DNA of 64,000 bases from a virus (lineage: Duplodnaviria > Heunggongvirae > Uroviricota > Caudoviricetes), in IMG/VR virus record IMGVR_UViG_3300045988_024527, positions 1 through 64,000 of that record. The stretch is one strand, 5' to 3'. Below, one piece after another: positions 33,221 to 43,629 of this stretch. Position 1 is the stretch's first letter. Each line of letters opens with the position of its first letter. The position numbers and the translations under genes were made by a program. The notes below the pieces were generated by a model. The model made no database searches. It saw nothing but the letters and a program-made list of their open reading frames with translations, and was not told the DNA's origin.

Positions 33221-33460
33221 CACCCATACCAGACCTAACTACACCTCACCCCACCTGACCCATACCTCGCATTACCATACCAAACCAGACCCCACCTCAT
33301 TAAAAGACCCTCTTAAAGACCTTTTAAAAAGGTAAGTCTCATTTTAATGTAGCTGAGACTAACTACCCACACCAAACCATAGCATACATCGCATTACCGG
33401 ACAGAACCATACTTTACCAGACATCACTTAAAAACCCTCTTAGAAGACTCTTAAGTGATG
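33221..33460 (-). repeat. modular intergenic repeat block B (CA-rich segments plus hairpins H2, H3, H1)
   Basis: H2 33298-33332, H3 33335-33366, H1 33422-33460; a further hairpin ggtgagta/tactcacc at 33463-33504. Confidence 0.6.
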
Positions 33461-33525
33461 CTGGTGAGTACCCGTTGGTTTATGCTGCTCAGTATACTCA
33501 CCAAATTTTCTATGTCAACAACTTT

Positions 33526-34662
33526 TTATTCGTAATCCCTAATAACTAGTCCAACAGGAAACTGTAAAGAACCCTTACGAGTCATCTTCTGGAACTGAAC
33601 AGTTAGAGGTTTCCCGATAAACTCTTCAGGATGTTCAGCAAGATACTGTTTCTTCTCATGAGTGGTCTTCCATGAGACATCTACAAAGACGTTAGGAAGA
33701 GTCTCTACAACGAACTTGCCATGACCACGTTTATCGGTCTTTACACCAGTAACTTTAAACTCTTCAGTGTGCATCTTCTTATGCTTAATCAAGAAGTATG
33801 AACGGTGACCACACTCGTAGAAAGATTCTTCAGAGATTGAGCGGTACATTGCACCTTCAAACTTAGCTTCAACCCACTTATCATGGGCTTCATCAAATTC
33901 TTCCCAAGAATTTACACGGATAGTCTGTACAGGAACCACTCGACAGGTATCCCCAAGCTCAACAATAGGTGAACTATCAATAACTTCACGACGCTCAGGC
34001 CAAGATTTTGAATTGTCACAGATATCATACCAGTAGAATTTAAGAAGGTGACGGTCTGGATTGTCAGCATTCTTAATCATAGATACAATATCTTCTAAGT
34101 CCCAACCATGAGCATAAATCTCGCCATCAAAGTCTTCAACTTGCGGGTGTAATTTAAGCAACAAAAGCAAATCTGGGATTAGTTCTGCTGGAACGTTGTA
34201 AACAGTATTCTCACGAGAATAAGCCGTAAAACTAACTGAATCAACATCTCTTGAAATTCTACAACGTACACCATCCAGTTTTGGTTGAGCATCAGCAGGA
34301 AATATCAAATACTTTGCATGACTAACCTTTGCAGCATCATGAGCAAGCTGTACACCTACCTTCTCAGTATTCTGTGCAGACTCTTTTGTGTAAGCATAAC
34401 CTTTACGGTCAACTTGCTTTTTATACTTAGCAGCAACTTCAAAGAGAGCTTGCTGTTCAGCATTACGCTCATTCTTTTTACCGATGTTTTTAGGTTCTGC
34501 TGTATACTCTTCAAACATCATCTTGCCATTTTCTTTACCGTAGGTTGTAATAACTTTGTTACCTATAGCACCACATGACCAGATGTTGAAGGAACCGTCT
34601 TTATTTTGTTTGTACAGTGTTGTCATTTTTAACCTCTGAGTGATACCAAGTATTGCAAGCAT
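33526..34662 (-). CDS. ATP-dependent DNA ligase
   Basis: Adenylation motif I AQPKLDGVRCRI (KxDG); 378 aa. Confidence 0.8.
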   Translation of the reverse strand: MLAILGITQRLKMTTLYKQNKDGSFNIWSCGAIGNKVITTYGKENGKMMFEEYTAEPKNIGKKNERNAEQQALFEVAAKYKKQVDRKGYAYTKESAQNTEKVGVQLAHDAAKVSHAKYLIFPADAQPKLDGVRCRISRDVDSVSFTAYSRENTVYNVPAELIPDLLLLLKLHPQVEDFDGEIYAHGWDLEDIVSMIKNADNPDRHLLKFYWYDICDNSKSWPERREVIDSSPIVELGDTCRVVPVQTIRVNSWEEFDEAHDKWVEAKFEGAMYRSISEESFYECGHRSYFLIKHKKMHTEEFKVTGVKTDKRGHGKFVVETLPNVFVDVSWKTTHEKKQYLAEHPEEFIGKPLTVQFQKMTRKGSLQFPVGLVIRDYE

Positions 34663-34819
34663 TACATGCGTAAAGCTCTAAGTCATTTTTATCTGGTTTG
34701 TGGAAACAGTTTGACCCACAACGACACCGGAATAACTTACCATCAACACGAAGAATGAATGTTTCAAGCTCACCATCTTCTGTAAGAACTGCGTTCTTAA
34801 ATTTATCTTCTACAGTCAT
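34601..34819 (-). CDS. hypothetical zinc-ribbon protein
   Basis: CRCGSNCFHK...CNACNTWYH. Confidence 0.4.
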   Translation of the reverse strand: MTVEDKFKNAVLTEDGELETFILRVDGKLFRCRCGSNCFHKPDKNDLELYACNACNTWYHSEVKNDNTVQTK

Positions 34820-35022
34820 TTTCTCTTACCACCAATCTCTACGTCAATAACTTGAACATCGCCAGCAACATCAAACTTATGAATGATGCTTTCAACAGTG
34901 TAAGTCCAACCATCAATACGAACCAACTCACCTTCTCGTGGGACGATTGGGTTACGTTGGGCTACCGTTGTAGTGGAGTGAACAGTATCATAACAGTAGA
35001 TGTAGTTTACTAGAACTTGCAT
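34816..35022 (-). CDS. hypothetical protein (68 aa)
   Basis: ORF track. Confidence 0.35.
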   Translation of the reverse strand: MQVLVNYIYCYDTVHSTTTVAQRNPIVPREGELVRIDGWTYTVESIIHKFDVAGDVQVIDVEIGGKRK

Positions 35023-35031
35023 ATCTTCACC

Positions 35032-35286
35032 TTAAAAGAATAAGTCAGATGCTTTTGGGTTGGTTAAACTAATGCAGTTTTGAAGCATAGCTTCATTGTA
35101 TCCCTCTTGGCAAACTGCGTAGAGTTTATCGAAAGTTTCTTTTGATACTGGGGAGGCTGATAACTCTTGGCATACACTAAGATACCATTCGTAATCTAAG
35201 CCTCTGCTCCAAGCGTCAGCGATTAGTACTGTAGCTTTGTCTTTGCTTCTGATAACTTCATCAGACTTTTCAATTTTACTGTTCAC
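35032..35286 (-). CDS. hypothetical protein (84 aa)
   Basis: ORF track. Confidence 0.35.
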   Translation of the reverse strand: MNSKIEKSDEVIRSKDKATVLIADAWSRGLDYEWYLSVCQELSASPVSKETFDKLYAVCQEGYNEAMLQNCISLTNPKASDLFF

Positions 35287-35448
35287 GATGCTCTACCTCT
35301 CTGTACGTTCGTCGATAGTCTATAATAAGTTGTGCTAATTCGTTGCTTTTAACATTCGAACGTAGCAGTTGCCAATCAAAACCTTTACCGACTCTTCCAT
35401 ATAAACTAAATAATTTTACTTTGCGTTTCATTTTGGTATCCCCAATAC

Positions 35449-35676
35449 TCAGAGGTCAATGCTAATACGTTCACCCTTAAGGACTCCAGTACGGTCTCTT
35501 GCAATCTTACCGTCAACAATAAGGATGTGTGCAGACCTTAAAGAGTCACCATTAAAAGTTTTTACGAACTTACTAGGCATCACTACAATGGACATCTCCT
35601 GAATCAACTCTGGAGTATAGCAATTGTCGTGAAGTTGCTGAATAACGTCTGCAAGTGTCATTTTTGATGTCTCCAA
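35449..35676 (-). CDS. hypothetical protein (75 aa)
   Basis: ORF track. Confidence 0.35.
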   Translation of the reverse strand: METSKMTLADVIQQLHDNCYTPELIQEMSIVVMPSKFVKTFNGDSLRSAHILIVDGKIARDRTGVLKGERISIDL

Positions 35677-35867
35677 TACTCAATGTCAATAAGTTCTTGT
35701 GCAATGCTTTTTAGATTACCTTTCAAGAAAACCTTCTCAGAACCTGAAAGAGATGAATTGTCAATTAACCTGCTCATCCTCTCAAACAACTTCTGTTTAC
35801 GGTTCTTGATAGTTTCCTTTGAAGCACCTTTCATCATCGCTGCATGGGTTCTTCCACGGTGGCTCAT
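35658..35867 (-). CDS. hypothetical basic protein (69 aa)
   Basis: ORF track. Confidence 0.35.
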   Translation of the reverse strand: MSHRGRTHAAMMKGASKETIKNRKQKLFERMSRLIDNSSLSGSEKVFLKGNLKSIAQELIDIEYWRHQK

Positions 35868-35918
35868 AAGCCCTCCTATACAAGATATAGTATAAGGTAC
35901 TCTTCCCTGAGCACCTTG

Positions 35919-36452
35919 TCAACTTAGTTTTGCAAACTCTCCGTGGAGTTTAATAGCAGCTTCACAGTAAGCTTTATAGGCTTCTTCAGGTGTGTCATGG
36001 TGACCTAAAAACATCTTCTTACCTTTATAACTTATCTGTGCGACCCACTTACCGGACTTCTTCTTAAGACTTACACCCTTGTACCCAGATTTATTGGTGA
36101 CTGGTTTACCTTTATTCCAAGCACTTTGAAAATCATCTGCTTCCCTTAAGTTTACAATCCTGTTGTCAAGCGAGTCTCCGTTGATATGGTCAATGATACC
36201 TTTTGGCATCTTGCCATACACGTAAAGCCATGCGAGTCTGTGTGCTTTATGTGCTTTCTTGTCAAAATAGATACTAATCTGTTTATGACCACTTGAATCA
36301 GTCTGGATATTACCTGCCACCTTTCCTGCATAATTACTGTTAAAAACACTAACAGCTCTTGATTTACCTTCTCTACGAAGCCAAGTAAAGACCCCTGTTT
36401 CGGGGTCATAGTGCAGCAGCTCCTTTAAACGTTTTTGTAAAATTAAATCCAT
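35919..36452 (-). CDS. HNH homing endonuclease with AP2-like DNA-binding domain
   Basis: LHYDPETGVFTW ... HRLAWLYVYGKMPKGIIDHINGDSLDNRIVNLR ... SGYKGVSLKKKSGKWVAQISYKGKKMFLGHHDTPEEA; paralogue of 46036-46539 and 59579-60070. Confidence 0.75.
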   Translation of the reverse strand: MDLILQKRLKELLHYDPETGVFTWLRREGKSRAVSVFNSNYAGKVAGNIQTDSSGHKQISIYFDKKAHKAHRLAWLYVYGKMPKGIIDHINGDSLDNRIVNLREADDFQSAWNKGKPVTNKSGYKGVSLKKKSGKWVAQISYKGKKMFLGHHDTPEEAYKAYCEAAIKLHGEFAKLS

Positions 36453-36455
36453 TAA

Positions 36456-39185
36456 TCAATGTACCTCATACCAGCTCTTACCAACCTTTGCTGTACCAGT
36501 TACAAGTGTTTCTTTCCTCAAACCTAAGTTTTTTGAAGCTTGTCCATACATCCAGTCAGCAATTGCTTTCATATCCTGTGTCATACCCTCTGGACATTCC
36601 CAACTATTTTCATCGTGATATGCCAGAAGTAACCTTGCTCCGATAGCTGGTTTTCGAGCATTCAGTTTTGTCAGGCCATCTTCACAGGCTTTTCTTGCTG
36701 CTAGGTTGATGGCCTCATTCTGAATCTGTGCTTCCGAACTCATCAGGAGGTAGTTCAGTAGTTTATGTGGAGATTTGCACCATATCCATGCTCCAGCGAC
36801 CCTGATATAACCACCTTTAGCAATTGAAGAATTCTTCCCAAAAACCTCTTCCAGAGCCTTTTTAGACGCCTTAAAATCGGCTTCTAAGCTATCAAGTAAC
36901 TTCTTAATCTTTGGCAGACGCATATAGTAAGTTTGTTTAGTCAATGCACCTTCTTCCGTAGATGATGCCTTGATAGTTTTTGCAAACTTCTCGTCTCCGG
37001 CTCCAAATAACAGGGCGTAGATGCCATTTTTGCTCTTCTTACGGCCTTTTGTAATCTCGTGAAGAAGTTCCTCATCCTGTGTCTCCCTACAACGAACAAT
37101 ATCTTCTTCCTTGTTCAGACCAAAGTAAATACTGTTCAGTGTATGCGCATCAGTCCCTGTGTAGACTTCATAGAGGTCGTTCTCAGCATCATAACGAAGA
37201 TACTTGTCAGTTTCTGGATTAAGATACTTATTGAGATGCTTGCAATAGTATCTGCCATCCTCTTGCTTAGTGAACTCTACCGACTCTTTACCCTCAGTTA
37301 CTGCTTTAGTGAAGTCTTCATCACCCATAAAGTTACAAAGAAGAACTAGCTGTGCAGAGTTCTGGTCAACTGAAACAATGTTAGTCCCTTCCTCACAAAT
37401 CCAAACCTCCCTCATAGGTGCTCCATAGACAGCAGCACCAGACGGTACGTTTACAATACCATATTGTGTCATACGTCCAGTTGAAGTACCAAACACCATT
37501 GCACCAGCACTAAGGCGACCATCTGGACGAATCTGGTTCAACCAACCTTTTTCATCATCCTTTGAGTTCTCAATAGTTCTGCGTCTGTGCATCAAAGTAT
37601 AGTACTTAGCAATCTTCTGTCCAAGCTCACCTTCAATCGTATCATAAGATGATTCAGTAAGTTTTGGTGAAGTACGGATTAAGCAAGGTTCAAGCAAATC
37701 TGTGTACTTCTTCACAGACCAGTTATGCTCAATGTACTGTACACCTTCATGTTCAACATAACTCAAACCACACCGCTCGACCATTTCCTGCCACTTAGGA
37801 TGCTTTGTAATCATCTTTTTATTGTCTTTGAAACGACAAACTTTGACAGGGCGACCATCTGAGTCTTTCTTGTAGTTCCAGTCATCTGGAATCCAACCAA
37901 CTGATTTCAAGTAGTCTTTAACAACTGCTACCTGAGTCATACGAGAAACTTCAAACTCAATTGGTGTATATGGTGCATCAATCAAACCTGTGTAGCGACT
38001 TGACTCAAGTTCAAAGTGGTTAACAACATGGCTGTTATAGTACTTCACAGTTTTGACTGTTTTTACTGGCTTCCAGTCTTTGCATTTCTTACCAATCTTT
38101 GCATTCAACTCATTGCAAATTGCACGAGCATCCTTCATTGCTACAAAGCCTTCCTTGTACTCTTCACCAGTTACAGAGTTGGTTGGTGTATAGCAATTTC
38201 TCTTTTCAATGTTAAAAATCTTTGTAGTTGGCTTACCAAATGGTTTGATTTCGTATGTCTGCATCTCGCCATTACGTACCTGCTGACGATACTTTGTCTT
38301 AGGGTACTTGGTAATTCTTTTCAGTCCATCTGCATGACCAAATGTTTCAACATACTCATTCCAAGCTTTTGCAAACTCTTCTCCAGTGACTTTACCTTTG
38401 GTCTTAATAGTTGGAGGAAGATGTGGTTCAACCTCTGAAGCAAGCTCATTAGTCAATTTGTCAAGTTCCTTCACATGGAACTCCATAAGCTCTTTATCAG
38501 CTTTCCAGCCATTGATAGCTTGTTGACTCATCCAGAAAGATGTTTCTTTAGCTCGCATATAGGTTTCATAAGTATCTATGCCACACTTCTTAAGCTTGAG
38601 ATACTCATTATCAAGTGCCCGTTTAGCTTTGGCGTTAATACGGATGTCTTCTACAACACGAGTGAAGATTTCTGCATTCCATACACCCCAATGCTCAATC
38701 TCTGGTTTACGAACACCAACACGAGCACCCCATGCAGCCAAACCATGAGCACCTTTATAACCCTTCGGAGTTGGTCTATCCATCCACTGAACACGAGACT
38801 GGATAAGAGAATCCTGAAAGAAATTACTCCACGGTTTACACTTTGGATTATCAAAGTTCCATAAATCAGGTGCAATGTGATTGAAAACCCACCAGTCATA
38901 ACCGAGGCCGTTATGGATACAAAGTCGTTTTGCCTTTAACGCAAACTCAACACCTTCACGTAAACTACCCTTAATGTACTTGGTATACTTGTGACCGAGG
39001 ATAGGCTCATCTGTAAAGACCCATACAGGTGGCTCTTCATCGTCAGATTTATAGTCTGCGAAAGCCATTACGTGCACTTTAGTGAACTCAAGGAGTAAAC
39101 CATCAGTTTCTGTATCACCAACTAAATGTAAGTTTTTAAAATCTACGTTTTCCATTTTTACTCCCTCTAAAATCATTAACCTCAT
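36456..39185 (-). CDS. DNA polymerase (family A-like, with 3'-5' exonuclease domain)
   Basis: 909 aa; N-terminal LVGDTETDGL (Exo I DxE), C-terminal LLAYHDENSWECPEG (motif C-like HDE). Confidence 0.75.
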   Translation of the reverse strand: MRLMILEGVKMENVDFKNLHLVGDTETDGLLLEFTKVHVMAFADYKSDDEEPPVWVFTDEPILGHKYTKYIKGSLREGVEFALKAKRLCIHNGLGYDWWVFNHIAPDLWNFDNPKCKPWSNFFQDSLIQSRVQWMDRPTPKGYKGAHGLAAWGARVGVRKPEIEHWGVWNAEIFTRVVEDIRINAKAKRALDNEYLKLKKCGIDTYETYMRAKETSFWMSQQAINGWKADKELMEFHVKELDKLTNELASEVEPHLPPTIKTKGKVTGEEFAKAWNEYVETFGHADGLKRITKYPKTKYRQQVRNGEMQTYEIKPFGKPTTKIFNIEKRNCYTPTNSVTGEEYKEGFVAMKDARAICNELNAKIGKKCKDWKPVKTVKTVKYYNSHVVNHFELESSRYTGLIDAPYTPIEFEVSRMTQVAVVKDYLKSVGWIPDDWNYKKDSDGRPVKVCRFKDNKKMITKHPKWQEMVERCGLSYVEHEGVQYIEHNWSVKKYTDLLEPCLIRTSPKLTESSYDTIEGELGQKIAKYYTLMHRRRTIENSKDDEKGWLNQIRPDGRLSAGAMVFGTSTGRMTQYGIVNVPSGAAVYGAPMREVWICEEGTNIVSVDQNSAQLVLLCNFMGDEDFTKAVTEGKESVEFTKQEDGRYYCKHLNKYLNPETDKYLRYDAENDLYEVYTGTDAHTLNSIYFGLNKEEDIVRCRETQDEELLHEITKGRKKSKNGIYALLFGAGDEKFAKTIKASSTEEGALTKQTYYMRLPKIKKLLDSLEADFKASKKALEEVFGKNSSIAKGGYIRVAGAWIWCKSPHKLLNYLLMSSEAQIQNEAINLAARKACEDGLTKLNARKPAIGARLLLAYHDENSWECPEGMTQDMKAIADWMYGQASKNLGLRKETLVTGTAKVGKSWYEVH

Positions 39186-39200
39186 ACATTACTGCAAAAA

Positions 39201-39412
39201 ATTATAAAAAGCAAGTTGACAATGCACTTGACAAGGTGTTAATCTTTGCGAAGTGGGTTTTTACTTAAAAGGTTACTTAACAGTTTAACTATACAGATAC
39301 TTTAAAACTCTTAAAAGATTATTTAATAGCTTTTAAAAAGCTTTAAAGTATAACGTATAGAATACGTTAAGATAAAAGATTAAAACTTAATAGTTACTTA
39401 AAAGAGGCTTAC
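39201..39412. promoter_or_regulatory. AT-rich divergent control region between - and + gene blocks
   Basis: Duplicated TTGACA (39216-39221, 39228-39233), TATAAT on - strand (39201-39206), palindromes agctttt.aaaagct near 39328-39342 and taacgta/tacgtta (39351-39370); hexamer spacings are not canonical. Confidence 0.3.
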
Positions 39413-39835
39413 ATGCAGAAAATGTTTGTTCACCCAGACATAGCTGACTTTGTTAGAGCTTTGCAGAAGTTGGAAGAACTTGACATTGCTGCTCAACGGG
39501 AATATGCTCACCATCACAGGAGGATGGTTGATATACAACATGAAATAGAGTTGTCTGAAAACTATGAAGATGACTTAAAATGCTCTGTATTTGAGCATAT
39601 GAAAGATGTTGCTACAGCGAGACGCAAAGCTAAAGACACAGTTGCTTTACTAGATTCTCTTAAAAAGAGGTTGCAAAGTGGTACAGACCTGTGTAATCTA
39701 GCGTCACTGATTAACGATGTTGAAACTTCTTGGGATAGGCACTATTATCCACGTTCTGAAAAGACACTTGACTTTTCTTCATCCGAAAACTTAAAATGTT
39801 CTAGAAAGAAACTTAACCAACTGAGAGAGAAATAA
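39413..39835 (+). CDS. hypothetical protein (140 aa)
   Basis: ORF track. Confidence 0.45.
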   Translation: MQKMFVHPDIADFVRALQKLEELDIAAQREYAHHHRRMVDIQHEIELSENYEDDLKCSVFEHMKDVATARRKAKDTVALLDSLKKRLQSGTDLCNLASLINDVETSWDRHYYPRSEKTLDFSSSENLKCSRKKLNQLREK

Positions 39836-39836
39836 T

Positions 39837-40637
39837 ATGAATATCGATGTAGAAAAGATGCTTGAAGAGAAAGGTGTTGATGAAGCATTCTTAATCAATG
39901 CCGTAGAAAGCATGGCTATGATTCTTCGTGGGAACAACTACACAGAACAGTTTATGCCTGCAAGCTACAACTTGCCTGAAGACAAGTCTGATAACGGTGC
40001 TTTTGCAGAACAGGTTAATATGATGTTGACAGACACTACACTTGCTCTGGCATCTATTGCGGTTGGTGTTGATGCACTTGCTGAGTTCATTTTTTATGAA
40101 ATGCAAAAGAATGACTATATCAGGATGTCAGACGAAGATAAGGAACTGTTGCTGACTAAGGACGCTGATTTCATTATTGATACGCTTATCTCATCAACGA
40201 GTGCTGTAATGGCTGCTCTTGAGAAGCGAATGGAAGAGAAGTTGTCACGATATGAAAAACTTGATTGGGGTGTAGAAGAACTAAGCCCACGAATCAAAGA
40301 GATTATACAGCAAACTAAAGATTCTTTGGAAGAAGCTGTTGAAAATGACTCTGTAGCTGATATAGAACCACTTCAGGTGAAAGTTGCACTGATGATTCCA
40401 GCTATCTCTACGATGATGAATATCGTTGCACTAATCCAGCTTTCACAGATGATGGGTGTGAGTATGGAGTTCATTGAGGAAATGACTGGTGGTGTTAGTA
40501 TGCAAGCAATCAATGATGTTTTGGTGAACATTGGTGCTTCAATCATTGAAGAGAAACTACGCATTAACTTCGGTGATGATTTTGTGAAGCAAATCTCAGC
40601 TATGGCTGAAAAAGAGTATGCTGACCAACTGCACTAA
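39837..40637 (+). CDS. hypothetical acidic protein (266 aa)
   Basis: ORF track; coupled to upstream ORF. Confidence 0.45.
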   Translation: MNIDVEKMLEEKGVDEAFLINAVESMAMILRGNNYTEQFMPASYNLPEDKSDNGAFAEQVNMMLTDTTLALASIAVGVDALAEFIFYEMQKNDYIRMSDEDKELLLTKDADFIIDTLISSTSAVMAALEKRMEEKLSRYEKLDWGVEELSPRIKEIIQQTKDSLEEAVENDSVADIEPLQVKVALMIPAISTMMNIVALIQLSQMMGVSMEFIEEMTGGVSMQAINDVLVNIGASIIEEKLRINFGDDFVKQISAMAEKEYADQLH

Positions 40638-40654
40638 GTCTTTATAAATCTTAC

Positions 40655-40680
40655 AAGCCTCCTTAGTTGGGGGCTTTTTA
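40655..40680 (+). terminator. rho-independent terminator
   Basis: Stem aagcctcc/gggggctt, loop ttagtt, T-run. Confidence 0.55.
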
Positions 40681-40698
40681 GTAATTAATGGAGATAAA

Positions 40699-41442
40699 AT
40701 GAGTAATATTATAGCATTTACTGGAAAGGCGCGTTCTGGAAAAGACACCTCATGTTCTATTGTGAAGAACATCTTAGAGGATGAGCACGGCTACAATGTT
40801 GCAGTAATGGCCTTTGCAGACAACCTTAAACTATCTGCATCAAAGATATTTGACCTAACTTGGAATGACCTGTATGGTGAAACTAAAGAGACTCCGCAAG
40901 TATTTGACTTATCATATCATGAACTGATGTTTAAAGTTACGGAAGCTATGGAGTTCACCTTCAGGGATGAACGTTACCATATGGACTTCAAGCTTATGTC
41001 AGAGTTAACCGGACGATTAATCATGGAGCTTAAGAAGGTTGCTAAACCGACTCTATTGACACGTCTGGGGTTTAGCAAGAAGTATAAATTCTCATCAAGA
41101 CAAATTCAACAGATTTGGGGTACTGAAGTTATCCGTAAAGTTATGGGTGACAAATTCTGGGCTAAAGACCTTGAAAAAAGAATGGTTAGATTCCATGAAA
41201 TGTGCTCACTTAGAAATCAATATGGTTTTGTCTTAATCAGTGATTTAAGATTTGACTCTGAAGCTGAATGGCTGAGTAGATTTGCACACCAAACTATTGA
41301 AGTAAAAAGAGACAATGTGGACAAAGTTTCATCACATGTTTCAGAAAATGGGATTTCTACAAAATATGAGCGTGACATTATTCATAATAATGGTACTCTT
41401 GCAGACCTTGAGAACAAGCTAAGAGCCATCATTAAAGTTTAA
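40699..41442 (+). CDS. deoxynucleoside monophosphate kinase-like protein
   Basis: N-terminal P-loop IIAFTGKARSGKDTSCSIV resembles T4 gp1-type dNMP kinases. Confidence 0.6.
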   Translation: MSNIIAFTGKARSGKDTSCSIVKNILEDEHGYNVAVMAFADNLKLSASKIFDLTWNDLYGETKETPQVFDLSYHELMFKVTEAMEFTFRDERYHMDFKLMSELTGRLIMELKKVAKPTLLTRLGFSKKYKFSSRQIQQIWGTEVIRKVMGDKFWAKDLEKRMVRFHEMCSLRNQYGFVLISDLRFDSEAEWLSRFAHQTIEVKRDNVDKVSSHVSENGISTKYERDIIHNNGTLADLENKLRAIIKV

Positions 41443-41450
41443 AAGAGAGA

Positions 41451-41651
41451 ATGAAGATGAGAGTAAAAGACAATTTTAAAGTTATTGACCACCGTTTAGT
41501 GGAACTCTCATCTCTTTCCAATGAGGTAATGATTGAACGTCTTAAGAGAGTTGAATCACGAAGGAAAGAGATTGCAGATGAAATTCATGAACTGGACAAG
41601 ATTGAAAATGGATTGAAGGCAGAACTACAACGAAGAGGTGCTAATGTCTAA
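41451..41651 (+). CDS. hypothetical coiled-coil protein (66 aa)
   Basis: ORF track. Confidence 0.35.
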   Translation: MKMRVKDNFKVIDHRLVELSSLSNEVMIERLKRVESRRKEIADEIHELDKIENGLKAELQRRGANV

Positions 41652-43629
41652 AGGTCGTAAATTGAAAGAGGCTGGTCAGTTTATTGGTCATTGTGCATGT
41701 CCACGTTGTGGTTCATCAGATGCTGGTTCAATCTATCATCATGACGATGATTCTTATTCGATGACTTGCTTTAGCTGTAACAAAGGTTTCCCAGAGTGGG
41801 ATTTTGATAAAGGACAAATCGTGAGCACTTATTATACTGGTTCAGATAATAAAAACCGTACTTTCCGTGGAATGGATTTAGAAGATGTCAAAGAAAACCT
41901 TGAAGCAATGGACTTGAAAGACAGGAAAATTCCTGCAAAAGTCCTTGAACGTTTAGGTATCAAGGTTGACATTGACAGTGACGGTGAAATTGACGCACAT
42001 TTCTACCCAACTTACAAACGCAATGAAGATGGCAAGCTAGAACATGTTGGCTACCGTGTTCGTCACCGTTACCCAGAAGACCATCCAAAAGAACACCTAC
42101 GAGGTAAGCTAAAAGACTTCTCAGGTGGTGTTGGAGACATTAAAGGTGAACTGGCAATGTTCGGTTCATGGATTGCTCCAGAAGGTGGTAACCGTCTATT
42201 CATCTGGGAAGGTGAGATGGAATGTGCGACAGCAATCTATATGACTTCTCTTGCGATTAAAGATAAGTCTCGTCGTAAGAATTACTGTCACGTATCTGTT
42301 CCATCAGGTGCAAACATTAAGTCTATCAAAGACAACTATCAGTACATCACATCATTTGATGAGATTTACTTGTGCTTTGATAACGATGAAGCAGGTGCTA
42401 AAGCTACCAAAGAGGCTGCTGGTATCCTCCCTATTGAGAAGGTTCGTTTATTCCAGTATCCAGAAGGTGTAAAAGACCTTAACGAATGGTGGACAAAGTT
42501 CTATAAAGAGAAAGATACAGTTCTGGAAGGATTTAAGCAGCGTATCTACAATGCACCTCGTTACTGTCCTGCTGGTATCAAGAACTTCGCAGATGGTTTT
42601 GAGGCAATGAAGAATCGTGGTCAGATTCCATTGATACCTTTCCCAGAATCTTTCGGAGATTTGAACAGGCTGACTTATGGCGGTTACGGTTTAGGTGAGA
42701 TTACAACTCTGGCAGCACCATCTTCAGTGGGTAAATCAGCATACACTCGTGAAATGATTTACACAGCTTGGAAAGATACCGATTACAATATTGGTGTAAT
42801 TCCTGTAGAAGATACTTATGAAGAGTTGATGGAGATGCTCTGTGCAATCCACCTGAGCAAGCAGATTTCTGAGATTCCTTATGACGAACGTGATTGGGAT
42901 GAATTGAAGGAAGCACACGCAGAACTGTCTAAAGGTCGTCGTATCCACATCGTAGACCATCAAGGGGCAATTGACCAAGATAACTTGCTGGAATTTGTTG
43001 ACTATCTTGTTAACAGCTTGGACTGTAAGATTATTATTCTTGACCCTATTACGTTGGCTCTGTCACGTTCAGATACTGATGAAGAGGAAGTTTTATCTGA
43101 GCTATTGCGTCGTTGTAAACGCTACCAGTATGCACAAGTGAACGTCTGTCACGTTCGTAAGAGTGCAGGTGGTCAGAAGGCTAACTCTGAAGGTGGGGAT
43201 ATCTCTGAAGAGGATATTAAAGGCTCTGGTGCGTATTTCCAGATTTCTATGAACAACATTCTGTTAATGCGTAACAAGGTTGACCCAGACCCTGTTAAGA
43301 AAAACTTGACAAAAATCAAGTTAACTAAATGTCGTCGTCACGGTAAGTCAACGGGTATTGCTGGTCATACTTGGTACAATCCAGATACAGGACGCCTCAT
43401 CAAAGCATCTGGTTGTGGGGTAGACATTGATGGTGCAGCAGAAAATATTCGCCAACAGTTTGGTATTGGTGAAGCTGAAGACCATTACGATGACTCTTTG
43501 CCACATTATGAGGATGAAGTGTTTGACCGTGAGACTGGTGAAGTCTATACTGAAGAGCAGCGTCAAAGCTCAACGATTCCACCTGTATTAAGTGAGGATG
43601 CAGATGACTGCCCATTCGAAACTGAGTGA
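41638..43629 (+). CDS. bifunctional DNA primase / DnaB-like helicase
   Basis: N-terminal zinc ribbon CPRCGSSD...CFSCNKGF, TOPRIM-like LCFDNDEAGAKATKEAAG, helicase Walker A LAAPSSVGKSAYT. Confidence 0.75.
   Translation: MLMSKGRKLKEAGQFIGHCACPRCGSSDAGSIYHHDDDSYSMTCFSCNKGFPEWDFDKGQIVSTYYTGSDNKNRTFRGMDLEDVKENLEAMDLKDRKIPAKVLERLGIKVDIDSDGEIDAHFYPTYKRNEDGKLEHVGYRVRHRYPEDHPKEHLRGKLKDFSGGVGDIKGELAMFGSWIAPEGGNRLFIWEGEMECATAIYMTSLAIKDKSRRKNYCHVSVPSGANIKSIKDNYQYITSFDEIYLCFDNDEAGAKATKEAAGILPIEKVRLFQYPEGVKDLNEWWTKFYKEKDTVLEGFKQRIYNAPRYCPAGIKNFADGFEAMKNRGQIPLIPFPESFGDLNRLTYGGYGLGEITTLAAPSSVGKSAYTREMIYTAWKDTDYNIGVIPVEDTYEELMEMLCAIHLSKQISEIPYDERDWDELKEAHAELSKGRRIHIVDHQGAIDQDNLLEFVDYLVNSLDCKIIILDPITLALSRSDTDEEEVLSELLRRCKRYQYAQVNVCHVRKSAGGQKANSEGGDISEEDIKGSGAYFQISMNNILLMRNKVDPDPVKKNLTKIKLTKCRRHGKSTGIAGHTWYNPDTGRLIKASGCGVDIDGAAENIRQQFGIGEAEDHYDDSLPHYEDEVFDRETGEVYTEEQRQSSTIPPVLSEDADDCPFETE

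Noticed and set aside
43592-43603. Track start at 43592 for the ORF overlapping the primase-helicase 3' end
   Set aside because: A long overlap with the primase-helicase coding end is unlikely; a later in-frame ATG is more plausible, and the ORF itself is low confidence.
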